DNA from: Azolla caroliniana
Lineage: Eukaryota; Plantae; Polypodiophyta
DNA: 64,000 bases
Direction: 5' to 3'
Assembly (NCBI GenBank): GCA_043228905.1
Contig: JBHGNT010000001.1
Span: 14,260,001-14,324,000 of the forward strand
Positions 12,240-25,222 of the stretch are shown here, one piece after another. Numbering within the stretch: position 1 is the stretch's first letter; each line of letters begins with the position of its first letter. The notes under the pieces are model-generated. The model was not told where the DNA came from. It saw only the letters and a program-made list of their open reading frames with translations, and did not search any database. The translations under genes and the position numbers were made by a program.

Positions 12240-15200
12240 TCCAGACCCTCTAGACCTGCACATCCTCCGGCATGTGCCACTATCTTTCATCTTCATGTTG
12301 ATCTATTGGAGGAGGTTCAAGCTCAAACCTTTTCTTAAATACTTTTATCCTCTTTCCAGCTACCATGTTTAGGATTAGTGTCCCATCCAATTCACTAAGC
12401 TTATAAGTAAAGTTATCATATACTTTTCTTACTATGTAAGGCCCAAACCATCTTGCAGAGAACTTGCCAACGATGCTTATGTCGATTATCTATACTGCTA
12501 TCATACACAAGCACCCAATCCCCTTCTTCTATCTTCTTATGTCGAATTCTGTGAGTTTTATCAAAACGAATTTTATTCTTCAATTGAGCCTCTTTCAATC
12601 GTTGGGTTGCTAATTCTACATCTTCAGGCCGACGCTCTAATTGTTGAATTCTCAAAGCCAACAATTCTTCTCTGCTCAACTCTTCTCTCCATGGAATAGA
12701 TGTCCATGACATAATTGATCCTTCTATTGGCATGATGGGCTTTTGGCCAAGTACCAATTCAGTTGGCATATATCCTGTTACCGAACTATGTGTTCTCCGA
12801 TCTGCCCATAGTGCATACGGTAGCATGCGTGGCCAATCTCTTATTTTACCTTTACAACATTTCACGATTGCCTTAACTTACGCAGTTGTAAGTGATAATT
12901 TGACCCCTATCCGGGTAAAGAATTCTCTAGCTTCATCAGAGTCAAGTTCTCCTCTATTTGCAATTATTTTACCAACACACCCATAACGACATATTACATC
13001 TTCTAACAAAAATTTACATAGTACAACTCTAGTTGTTTTTTTGTGGTAGTGGTCTTCCTTCTACTTGGTTTGTGAAGTCTTCTCTTGCTAGTACTAAATA
13101 TTGCATTTGACCTTCCCCAAGTGGCATTGTCACTAGATCAACCATCCATTTATAATGCATTGATGATGAATATATTGGTTTTAGCTCATCTCGATATCGA
13201 ATAGTTGAATACCTTTGACATATTTCACAAGTTTCCATAAATTTCATTACATCTTTATACATATGTGGCCACCAATACTTTTCTTTTAACTTCATAAATG
13301 TCGCCCATATGCCTTTATGTATTGCCCACAAACTATCATGGAATTAAGTAATTAATTTTCTTTTAATATCATCCTTACAGATGACTCGAAGAGGATTTTC
13401 GGTTGGCCTTTTTGGGCGCCTCCATAGATGCCCTTCATGTAAAAAAAATTTGAATGCTCTTCTTCGAAATTTATTTAGTTGTTTCTTTGACCATGATGGG
13501 TCAGCTTCTTGAGTCTTTAAAAAATTTCCTATTTCTAACCATTGACCTTCATACTCTGTGTTTTTGAACATTATATTTACATTAAACTCAACTTGTGTAT
13601 GTTCATCAGTCCATATAAACTTCTTCCCTTTTTGTAAAAGTTGATAGAGAGGATCTGAGACATGTGCAAAGTGTGGTAACCAAATATGATAAAATACACA
13701 TGCACCTAAAAATCTTCTCACCTCTGTTACTGATTCACAAACTTCCTTCATGTTTTGTATTGCGTTAATTTTGATCGGTGAAGGCTTCCTCCCATACCAC
13801 CCACACATATGACCAACTATCAGAACTTCATTCTACCCAAAGCTTGACTTTGTTCTTGATAGTGTCAAATGTACCTACTCAAGCTTATTTAAAATACTTT
13901 CACAATCATTAATGTGATCCATCACAAACTTTCTGCAACCATTTCCAACCATAGTCTCATCTTTCTCTCTTTTTAAGCATCCTTTGATACGAATATCATC
14001 TAAAAATGGCCTATTTACCTTTTGGGATGTACTCGTGTAGAACCTTGTTCATTGCATTCATCATATGAGCAACTAAATTTGTCGCACCTTGAGGTAGAGT
14101 GCACATTCGAACCAACCCAATTGGTGTTTTCATTGTTGTGATATTGCGATTATCAATTGCTAGTTGAAACTGGTCGTATCCTAAATATAGGTCTCCCATA
14201 GAGTAAATTGCTCTCCCAACAAAAGCTTCTGTAAATTCATCAACGATCGGCCCGATGCCTACATTTCGGACTGTGACTTTGTTGACTGGTTGTAGATCTT
14301 GAATGAATCTTAGAGAGCCATCTTTCTTTGGAACTGTGAACCATCGGTTAGAGTATGGTGCATTTAAAGGCTCTAAAATCTTCATCTTGCCTTTATCCTT
14401 CGGTAGCTCTAACAATTGAGGTAATCGAGCTCTCGGTACTGCAATAGGTTTAAAATTCCAAGGAATATGAGGGATAGTAAATATTACCATTGGCGTTACC
14501 ACCTTTGGATTTGCACAACCAATCTCCTCGGTGTTGAATGCGAACGCTTTCCCATGCCTAAAGATCATGTCTTTGAAAGTCGCAATCTCTGATTGTAGAA
14601 GAAATTAACCCCCTCCAATTCTTAAGTTATTTATTGTATCCGAAGTGAAGTGATGTCCAATCTTCTCTATTGGTCGGAGCATAGGCTCAGTTGATGTTGC
14701 CTTCATCTTCTCTTCGCTACCAATAGGTAATGGTACTGCAGTAGGTTTAATCTCTTTATCTATTGCTTTATATTTTGTGTTACATAAACCTTCTACTTCT
14801 TCATATTTACAATTATACTTATCAATTTCATAATACATATCAACTGAGTTTACATGTATCTTTCTAACATTCTCATCATCTTCTTTCAAATACATTTCTA
14901 ACTCTTCTAAAGTATTTGCAAAAGAAATTTCTTCCAGAACACTTTCAATCTACACTTCCATTTCAAGTACTCCATTATCCTTCAATGCCTGCTAAAATAG
15001 ATTAGCATTCTTTTTCAAGTTCCTCTTGCATTCATACATCCTAGTCACACATATAGCACCACTTTCAGAAACATGAAATGACTTATTCATATGTTGTAAT
15101 GTCCTAGTCAAAAACTTGATTATCAAAATCATCACAATCTTTTGGTATTGAAAATCACAAAGCTCTTGCTTGTTCCTCTCATGATTTAGGCGAATTGTCA

Positions 15201-15309
15201 TAAACTGTACAGTTCGTCGTCCATCTTGGCTATGGATTTTTGCATAGGCAGAACCATTGTCAAGGACTTTGGTCTCCATCCATACTACTATGATGTATGG
15301 TTGCCCCAG

Positions 15310-17877
15310 GATTATTGGATAGGTAGATCCTTCCTGCACAAAGAAATGTTGATCTACCTCTATATCACCAATAGTAACCTTTACATTTGGGCATACACCA
15401 AATAAATCTTCTGTAACTGATGTGGCAACTTTTACTCGCCAACCATGTTGAGTATCAATTGGCCATCTACCTTTCTTGTAAAAATCAAAACTCATTATAT
15501 TTATTTCAGAACCATGATCAATAAGTGCCATCACGGGGTCTGGAACATTTCCAATCTTCACATGATGCTCAATAGTGGCTCTTGCCCAACATTTGTGAGA
15601 GTAATGGCTTCTTACATCTGTTGAATTTATCATTGAGGTTGATGCATGTTGAGAGTCAACAACGATATTGTTTGACTCGTTGCTCACCACTTCATATGCC
15701 ACCTTCGGATTTGTCTCTTTAACATGCTCATTTACTTGCCTCTTTCTTCGCACAATATCAATTATTTCATCATGAAATTCCTTTTTTACAATACCTAACA
15801 TTCTCTTAGTGTAAATTCTACTCGACTGTCTAGTATTCTTATTTCTAAAACTTTCTTTAAATCTGTATCTTTTTCAATATCAGACATTAATTTAAATGAA
15901 GGACCAGATTTACCTTTTTCGACCTTTGTGTCCATCTCTTTTCTTTTGCTTTCTCTTGTCTCATGCTTTTTGGTTGAGCCAATCTCATCATCCGGCCTTT
16001 TCCTTTTTTCTTCCACTATCACCTCATGCTCTTGGTGTTCTGCCATCTAAGCATAGACCGTCATAGCATCTACTGGAACATTCCATCCAATGTTTTTCCT
16101 TATAGAATCTCTAGCAACACGAAGGTCTTCCATCTTCATCTTTTGCTTTTGTGCGGTACTTACAACCTTCTCCTAGAATGATGATCGGGATGGCATGTCA
16201 TCGAGGCGCATTCCTGTCGTTGCCGAGTAGTACATTGTGGAAGCCTTCTTTGCTTCAGCTTCTTCAAATTTAACCTTAACACCACCATCACCAAAGTTCT
16301 TTGTAAGTGGACTTCTACTTTCAGTTAAATAAATGTTACCATTTTTCCAATACACCAAGTCTCGATTTTCCATGTCTTTATATTCTTCACAATCACGTAG
16401 ACGATGTTCGAGACTATCACACCACATCCATCGGGGTCGAAATGGTTCCCTTGACCTCAAAGTTTGACCATTTTCAAGCTTTGCCACTTTAATTGTTAGA
16501 TCTTTCATACTTTGAACTAAATCATCAAGAAAAGACTCACTCTTAGTTTCGATCATTTCGCGTGGTTGATGCACCATTTTGTGTGATGGTTCTTGACCAT
16601 GTCTTTGAACTTCGATGTTTTTATCAAGTCGATTAATGATTCCCACATGTGGTATTTGTAGCATTACACCATTCCTTTGCATTCTTTTCATAAATTTATT
16701 ACAAGCATTTGTTACCTCATTCCAATATGCCGTTATACCATCCTCGGTATTTGGCACTTCAAGTGTCCATACATCCTATCAAACTCTTTTTTTGTGTCAG
16801 CCACAGATAACCCTTTATCTTCTTTTAAGATCCATTCATGAAATGAACGCATAGTAACTTGAGAGAAACCTTCACGAGAATATCCAGACACGAGCGCTTC
16901 TTTGAATGCATTCCAATTCAAACTATGCAATGCTTGTATTTCACGAATTCTATCTATTAATTCCATTTCCACTAATTTATAAAGGTTTGCTATCATATTC
17001 ACATCATTCACACCAAACATTTCCATTTCATCATAATATATATTGACATACTTTGAGATATTTGTGCCATCAAACACACCAATCTTCTGTCAGACTTCTC
17101 GTAAGGCATGAAATAATTGATCTTGATTATTGGATAGGTAGATCCTTCCTGCACAAAGAAATGCTGATCTACCTCTATATCACCGATGATAACCTTTCAA
17201 TTTAGGCATGCACCAAATAAATCTTCGGTGACTGATATGGCTGCTTTTACTCGCCAACCATGATGAGTATCAATTGGCCATCTACCTTTCCTGTAAAAAT
17301 CAGCACTCACTATATTTATTTCAGAACCATGATCAATAAGTGCCATCACCGGGTCTAGAGAATTTCCAATCTTCACATGATGCTCAGTAATGGCTCTTGC
17401 CCAACATTTGTGAGTGTAGTGGCTTCTTGCATCTGTTGAACTTATCATTGAGGTTGATGCATGTTGAGAGTCAACAACGATATTGTTTGACTTGTTGTTC
17501 ACCACTTCATATGCCACCTTCGGATTTGTCTCTTTAACATGCTCATTAATTTGCTTATTTCTTCGCACAATATCAATTATTTCATCATGAAATTCCTTTT
17601 TTGCAATACCTAACACTTCTCTTAGTGTAAATTCTACTCGACTGTCTAGTATTCTTGTTTCTAAAACTTTCTTTAAATCTATATATTTTTCAATATCAGA
17701 CATTAATTTGAATGAAGGACCAGATTTACCTTTTTCGACTTTTGTGTCCATCTCTTGTCTTTTGCTTTCACTTGTCTCATGCTTTTTTGTTGAGCCAATC
17801 TCATCATCCGGCCTTTTCCTTTTTTCTTCCACTATCACCTCATGCTCTTGGTGTTCTGCCATCTAAGCATAGACCGT
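15310..17877 (-). repeat. Direct duplication of a ~750-bp gag-protease segment (15310-16061 vs 17125-17877)
   Basis: ORF 17197-17862 is near-identical to ORFs 15795-16046 plus 14992-15801 (MAEHQEHEVIVEEKRKR...ALIDHGSEIN). Confidence 0.93.
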
Positions 17878-19287
17878 TGTCGTGTTGCTACGCTCTAGTG
17901 TAGGAAACCAGGGCGGGATCGCAGGGGCCTTGGACAGAGGAATACCTGATACAGAGGGAGGAGCAAGGCAAAACAATGGGTCGGCAAGTACCGGCTACCG
18001 CCAAGTAGGTACGCAGTGCTCACTGGGTGAGCATTCCTCGACTCATGCTTGCCGTCTCAACGACTACCGCCGCAACGTAAGAAGAACGACCAATAACACA
18101 CTCTCGTCTGATTTCATGCCCACATTGGGCCGAGACACACACGCAAATACGCAGACGACTCACAAGCAAGGAATCGATTTAAGACAACTAGGTGAATACA
18201 ATGCTCTTTGAGATTACAACAGGCAAGCCGGTGAACGACCATGTGCAAACACCCACACACACATAGAGCACGCAGTGGAGCCTCTGCCAAAGTGCACGGG
18301 CTTCTCCCTCGAGCAGAGGCAGCCGGCCAAAACTTGCAGAACTCAACGAAAAATATGAGAGGAGTGCTTGGTTCCCAATCCTACAACACTTTGTCCTCCC
18401 AAATAGTGATAGATGTTTCAGACATCTCCCATTTTCTTTTATAGGCTGCCGAGGAGGGCCATCACATCCTGAATACATCATCTTTATTCTATGTTCCTTT
18501 GGACAGAGATACGCATCAATTTCCTAGCTAATAAATGTGTACTACCTAGTATATTTACATCAGCCGACCTATTCCTAATTATGTACATCTTATCAATACT
18601 TGTGCCCGCACGTAAGGACCGGTTCATGTGTCTTATTCATCCACTCCTCCTAAGGCCGGTTTTCTTCATGACATCAACCCCCACCAAACCACGCATCCAC
18701 CGGTATGCGTCAGAGAGGGACAAATACCAGAGAAAACCTGCTCGCGGTCACCCGTCGCTCTCCGAACCTTCGTCCGCTCCAGTCCAATCATTGCCGTTGC
18801 CCGTGCTTACCGAGTTGGGTTCGCCTTCATGCCGCTTCTTCAAGGCCTTGATCCTCTTCCTGGCTATCGGCACCGCTATTCGTGTCCTGTTGAACTCCGC
18901 AAAATGGTAGGTGCCATTTTAGTTCGCGCTCGTTATGGCGTAGGGCCCGAACCACCTCATCGCGAACTTACGCACCCTCTTGTGATGGTTGTCGAGGCTG
19001 CTATCGTACACCAGCACCTAGTCGCCTTCCTCGATCTTCTTTGGTCGTAACCGGTGCGTTTGGTCGAAGCGGGCTTTGTTCCTTTCCCTTGCTGCATGCA
19101 GCTTCGCCTTTGCCCGCTCCACGTCCTTCGGTCTTTGCTCGAGCTGTCAAATCCGCGCCGCCAGTAGCTCTTCCTGACTCATCTCATCTCTCCAGTCCAC
19201 TGCCACCCATGAGGAGATCGTTCACTCTATCAGCATGATCGACTTCTTCCCATACATCAGCTCTACCGGCATGAACCTGGTTACCGA

Positions 19288-19977
19288 TGTCGCGTGACGT
19301 GTGACACACGTGCCAAACGTCAGAATGTGCACGTCACAAGCGTGGACATGCACTGGGCCTCTATCCGCTAGTGGTTATGGATGATGGGCGGCTGAAGTGA
19401 CACACTAATGTGGTTAGAGTGAGAGAGAGAGAAACCAAAATTGAGGAAGTTTTTAAGATAGATAGATAGATAAACATATATCACCAATAAGATAACTAAG
19501 TTTTCTTATTATTAATTTTCGATTTGATACATAGACTGATTCATAGATTGTTTGATTCATCCATTGATTGATCCCCCCCCATTACACAAGCCTTACGAGG
19601 GTTTTTATAGGTTTATCTATCCTTCTAACATGCACAAAACCATGGGCTTGAACCCATGGTTTTCGGGCACACGGTTTTCCTTGTGGCATGCACAAAACCA
19701 TAGGCTAAAACCATGGTTTTGTGTACACGGTTTTGTAAGTTTGTTTCCTATGGAATACTAAATATGAGAAGGAAATATACAAAATCTAAAGCACTTAGTA
19801 GTAGCTTTAGTGGTAAGATAATTGCTTCCTATCTTAGAAGTGCAAGGTTCAAATGTTGCTTGCACCCTTCTATATGCACTTGAATGTCATCAGACCTTAG
19901 GCTAATTTTAATATTTATAATGGTGTGGAGCCACACTATTTCACAATTTCTCCCATTGGACACAAAACATCACGACA
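19288..19977. mobile_element. Solo LTR C (690 bp) inserted in integrase of B
   Basis: TGTCGCG..CACGACA termini. 4-bp TSD CCGA/TCGA. The host reading frame rejoins across it. Confidence 0.85.
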
Positions 19978-20041
19978 TCGAACTATGCGTAGTTCGGTCC
20001 GCCCACAATGCGTAAGGTAGGAGCCGCGGTCAATTCCCGAC

Positions 20042-23000
20042 TGTTGTCCATGGGACAAAAAGATAGATTAGTTAAAAGTAATATGCCGATAGGTAAGGCT
20101 AGTAGGTGAGGAAGGTAGAGTTTTAGGAAAACGCCAAGCTTTGAGCCTCACAATCAGCCCACGGCTCGACGTTGTATGAAGAAAAAAAGTATATAAACCG
20201 AGGTCGGTGTACCTCGACAAGGGGGATACCTAGATCATTCTGAGCGAAAGTACTATCATAGGAGAAAGCTTTGTACGTACGGTTTCCAGTTGAGGCCGAG
20301 TACTGTAATCACAATAAGCTTTATCATGGAGTATAAGTGTCTTCTTTTCTAAACTTCTATCTGTGTATTCTCCCGGTACTCGTAAATGAGGCTACGTTCA
20401 TTCCTAACGGGTTGTAGCCCGTGTACGATCCTTCTTCTCCTCTCTTTTCCCCGTGTAGGAGAAGCTTCCACGTAACACGATCCCTTGACAACGATAGCCT
20501 GTGGGCTCATCGAAGGTGTTTTCCAAAGGAACGGATAACATCGACTGGCATGCCCGGTTGCAGCTGTGAGATCACAACGAACTACGTTGAAGACAACCTT
20601 CAACCGCCATTACGGCGCCCAATTGCACCAAGCGGTCTACTTTCGACTCAGCGGTCACGGACCAGTCTTTCCAAGAAATATCGGAGGCTCACCAGTTGCA
20701 ATCCTCGCCACCTGCTACTCGGTCGCGACTTGATTCCACACCAACCTCTCCACCAAGCCCTCTAGAGGTCACCCACCCTGACCCTAACCCTTTTCCAGTT
20801 TTACCGGAAGATCCCGATTTCAATACCATGCCGTATCCTTACCCACGATACACTGACAACTCCGACGCGAAGTTGCACATCCGTGCCTTCGTGTCCACTT
20901 GGCAGGCCAACCACTCAACGCAACGACTCTCGCCTGCTGAAATCGAGGCCTCAAAAATCGCCGAGTTTACGCTATCCCTCGATGGACGAGTTGCGCGATG
21001 GTATTCTCGCCTCGACGAAGGGGAGTTTGTCACCTTCCAAGACGTTCGCATGTAATTCCTAGAACTGTTCCATCGCGAGGTGCCCAAACGAGAACAACTC
21101 CGAGAGTTCTTTTCCATGAGACAAGAACTGCACGAGACGGTCACACAGTTCACGATCCGGTTCCGGGATCTCTATAGACAAGTGGCCGACGATGTCTCTG
21201 CACAGCACATTCCGGATGCATTCCTATCCAACTTACGGGAGCCTCTACGAACGACTCTCGCACTTACTAATTTTTCCAACCAAATGATCGAGCAAGTCAT
21301 AGTGCGCGTCCTCGCCCTGGATCGGACACAACAAAGCACTCTCTATGAGTTCACTGCAAGGCACCCTTCCCCGGGAGGACAATGGCTTCCGCCAAGCTCT
21401 CCAATGCACAGTTTGCTCGGGATCGGGCCATCTGGCTCTCGAATGTCCTCACCAGCCACAATGTCCGATCTGCCAGTCCCGATCTCACACTGTCGAGCGA
21501 TGTGAATACAAAATGCTCAACCGCACAACGACGACCCCAGCTCGCCAGATTGAGCCTAGGGATACATACTCTCGTCAGGACGAGTGACAATCCTACCGGA
21601 ACCAAGATAACCAATGACCCTGATCGCCAGATAGGCGGCGCCGTGACGACGATTACCATCGAGACGATGACCGTTACCGAAACGACAACCGATGGAGAGC
21701 GGACGACCACCGTGATCGCTATCACGATGACCAATATCGGGAAAATGAAGATTATGATCGGTATGACGATGATCGGGATGACGGATACGATAAGAGAAAT
21801 TCCCGTAATGATTGGTGCAACTCTCGCCGAGGATCGCGCAACAACAGAAGGAATAATGACAACCATCGTCAGGACCCCCCGAAAAATGAACCGCGTAGCT
21901 TGAACGCGGCCTGGACCAACCCACCAACACACGAGGCTGGGAATCAATCACACCCCCCCCCCCCCCCCCCCCCCTACACACAGATCAGGCTGGCACCAGC
22001 AACTTGGCCACTGTTACCTGCTTCAAGTGCAACCAACCTGGTCACTACGCTACACAATGCCCAACAACAGACCGTGGAAAGGCTCCGACCGTGAATAGTA
22101 TTATGGCCGACGTGCAAAATGTCTCAACACACAGTAAAGCCCAGGCCACTCCATGGCAGGTACAGGATGAGTCCGGCAAGCAGCCAAAGAATGGAGTGAT
22201 ATGGCTAACAAAAACAATGTTGTGCGGATGCAGACAGAAATGGGAGACGCAATCATTGGAGCACCACAGTCCTCGGCACCATCCACGTCGACAGAAGATG
22301 ACCAGCTGTGGGACGCCCTTACCAGTTCTAGGATCTCCCTGCCTCTGCATAAACTCTTACCACTCTTGCCGCGTTTTCGGGATACCTTGGCTACACTCAC
22401 GGCCAACACCCATTCCACCATGCCACCTGTGCACCTGACCGAGCCAGGAACAGGTCCACCCCTCATGGATGCTCAGAATCCAGCCATAAAAATTATGATT
22501 AAAGCACGGGACCTCCACGGGTGCATAATTGACAACGGCTCTGGCGTGAATGTCATCAGCGAGGCTACCTGTCATAAACTCGGTCTGAATCAATGGGAAC
22601 CTTGCTCCTTTTGGCTTCGGATGGCCAATACACGATCGGTTCGCCCCATCAGATTAATCTGCCACCTCGACTTTACTCTAGGAGGCCACATGTTCACTAT
22701 CTCGGCCATTGTATTACGACTCGAAGCACAGGGCGCCTACCCAATGTTATTTGGCAGACCATGGTTGCGCACAACAAATATCAAACCGCATTGTCAGCGC
22801 AACATGATCTCGTTTTGCCGAGGAAAGACCAAGGTCCGGATCATAACCAAAGAACATGTAACCACGCCCCACAACACCTCGTCGTTATACGCGGAAGGGG
22901 TGCACATGCTTGACGGGTTAGCCGATAACGAGGTGGCTGACTTCCTAGAAGACCATCCCACTATCATACCCCTCTTCGAAATCGACGCCATATCGGCAGT

Positions 23001-23561
23001 AGGCACATCTCTAGACGAGGAGGTCATGGAGAATACACCTCCTCAGGACGAGCCCGATCCCACCACCATCGCAGAATTACGACACGCTCGGGACGGTTTT
23101 GAACGAGAACTCGCCATCTCCCAACGAGTGAAGGCATCAACGCTCGAAACACTGAACCTAGGTTCGGACGAGAACCCTCGCTCCCTACAGATTGCTAATA
23201 ACTTACCAGCCGGCGAACGAGCAGTCCTCATACGCTTACTCACCGATTACCAAGATGTATTTTCGGCTAAAGTACTATCATAGGAGCAAGCTCTATATGT
23301 ACGGTTTCCAGTTGAGGCCGAGACTGTAATCACTATAAGCTTTATCATGGAATATAAGTGTCGTCTTTTCTAAACTTCTACCTGTATATTCTCCCCGTAC
23401 TCGTAAATGAGGCTACGTTCATACCTAACGGGTTGTAGCCCGTGTACGATCCTTCTTCTCCTCTCTTTTCCCCGTGTAGGAGAAGCTTCCACGTAACATG
23501 ATCCTTTGACACTGATAGCCTATGGGCTCATCAAAGGTGTTTTCCAAAGGAACGGATAACA
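20042..23561 (+). mobile_element. Internally deleted Ty3/gypsy element F (non-chromovirus type, related to E): LTR-gag-PR-partial 3' LTR
   Basis: 5' LTR 20042-20540, PBS-like TGGCATGCCCGG at 20546. Gag with zinc knuckles (CTVCSGSGHLALEC, CFKCNQPGHYATQC) and protease IIDNGSG. 3' LTR remnant ~23269-23561. Perfect TSD CCGAC. Confidence 0.93.
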
Positions 23562-23947
23562 CCGACTTGTCCTTCGCAAGCTTGTACTAATGCCTTCACA
23601 ATCGGCCCATGCCCGCGCTCTACTTTCCCGTTCGCCTCCGGATTGTACGCCCTAGTGAGGTAAAGCTTAACCCCTAGCTGGCTGAATAGCTTGTTAGCTT
23701 CCTGCGCATCTAGCTCCCCCCCGGTCAGCCACGATCTTTTCGACACACCCATACCGGCACACCACTTCCTCAATTAGGAACCGACACACGGTTGTAGTTG
23801 TCTTGTTCGGCAATGCCTGGCCCTCCACACGGTTCGTGAAGTCCTCTCCGGCCAGCACCAAGTACCGCATCTGCCCTACCCCCATTAGCATCGTCACCAA
23901 GTCCACCATCCACTTGAAGTGGACAGTCGGCGGGTAAGTCGGGTGCA

Positions 23948-24969
23948 TTAGAATTAGAATTTTTATCATCCATAAAGAGGCCAATTTTGACCTATGGAAC
24001 CAGAGTATACATGTGTTCTTGATATATGTCTCCTTCCTAAGAAGGGGTATTCATATGTTGAAGCACAAAGTCTCTATGTGTTAATAAAGCATATTACACA
24101 TATGAGCTCAACCTTCTAGGTGGTCTCTTAAGTATGGATCTTAAGTTATCATTCCCTCTTAGTATGTCAACATATATTGAACGAATTGCACTATATGTCG
24201 AGCATGTGAAGAGCAAGTGACATTCATCCTCTACCATGCCTTCATTGCATACTTTACATGTCTTCAAATTGTTACATTTTGATACCATGATGCAACTTCA
24301 ATACCTAACTTGTGAGAGCGAGTGCGAAGTAGTGTAAGGGCTCTACGAGCATTGCTACTCATATTGGTAATGAGATAAGGTTGGATATGATCAATAGACA
24401 TTCTTGCTTTATATTGAGACCAACATTCAGGGTTGACATTTGCAATGTAGTATTCTAGCTTTGTCCTCTTAGCATCCTCCCACTTCATCGTTAATGATTC
24501 CACCAACCTTTCCTCAATCATTACATATTGCATAGCATTGCCTGAAAGCTCTAAACGATCATCCACACCCCATCTTCTAAACCATTTCTTTATGTCAACA
24601 ACCCAACCAGATGAGAGAATCTTACTTTTATGATTCTTTTGTAGCTTACATCCAACATTCCAAGAAAGATGTGGTAATCGATGATTCGGCATATTCTTGA
24701 CTTTTGTAATGTATTTATATACTCTTTGGAGTGCCAATAGTTCTATGGGTCGAACACCCGTTTCCAAGAGCATAACCTGGTAAGAGGTAGTGCATTTAAC
24801 TCCTAATTGCCTCCTTAAAAACATCTTTTGAATTTTCTCAATCTCGTTCCATGCATTAAGAGAGATGGTGCCACCCCATACTTCTACTCCATAAAGCAAT
24901 ACTTGAGTTACCATGGCATTGAACAACATTAATTTTACTTCCCATCCTCAAGTATCACTTTGGTTGCAT
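23948..24969 (-). mobile_element. 5'-truncated LINE (non-LTR retrotransposon) 3' end
   Basis: ORF 24264-24929 (LLYGVEVWG..IEKIQKMFLR..RTRSHKLGIE) then CKVC...EDECHLLFTC zinc-binding motif. Short (TTCTAA)2 tail. 4-bp TSD TGCA (23944-23947 / 24970-24973). Confidence 0.88.
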
Positions 24970-25049
24970 TGCAGCTCATCCCGATGCCAGACTACGGAAT
25001 GCATCTGGTAGCTCTCACAAGTCATCACGAATTGATGAACGTCCTGGTA

Positions 25050-25222
25050 CAATCCAAGCCCCCAATACTTCTCCTTCAACTGTTTGAACGTGGCCCACGT
25101 CCCGCGACGTCCGGCCCAAGGACTCTCGTGATACGCCGTTAGCAACGCCTCCTTGGGCCGGACGTCGCGGGACGTGGGCCACGTTCAAACAGTTGAAGGA
25201 GAAGTATTGGGGGCTTGGATTG
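25050..25222. repeat. Perfect 73-bp inverted repeat with 27-nt spacer (foldback junction)
   Basis: 25050-25122 is the exact reverse complement of 25150-25222. Confidence 0.95.

Larger units (their letters stand above)
11173..17877 (-). mobile_element. Ty3/gypsy element A (TGTCG..CGACA lineage): gag-PR-RT-(RH deleted)-IN and 3' LTR; 5' LTR absent
   Basis: Minus ORFs: gag (FDGTNISKY; WCDSLEHRLRDC), protease ALIDHGSEINIMS, RT (RWFTVPKKDGSLRFIQDLQP, LPQGATN, FLDD), IN (HKGIWATF, LPYALWADR, IEEGDWVLVYDS). ORF 13344-13808 jumps from the RT end to the pre-integrase region. Confidence 0.92.
17878..25149 (-). mobile_element. Ty3/gypsy element B (same lineage as A/D): 3' LTR 17878-18673 plus integrase, interrupted by three later insertions
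   Basis: LTR TGTCGTG..CATGACA. Integrase reads continuously across the insertions: HRDEL|HPTYP, ERGHGPIVKALVQACEGQVG|N*PRLLPYALWADRTTHS|SVT..RPKKIEEGD*VLVYDS. Confidence 0.88.
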
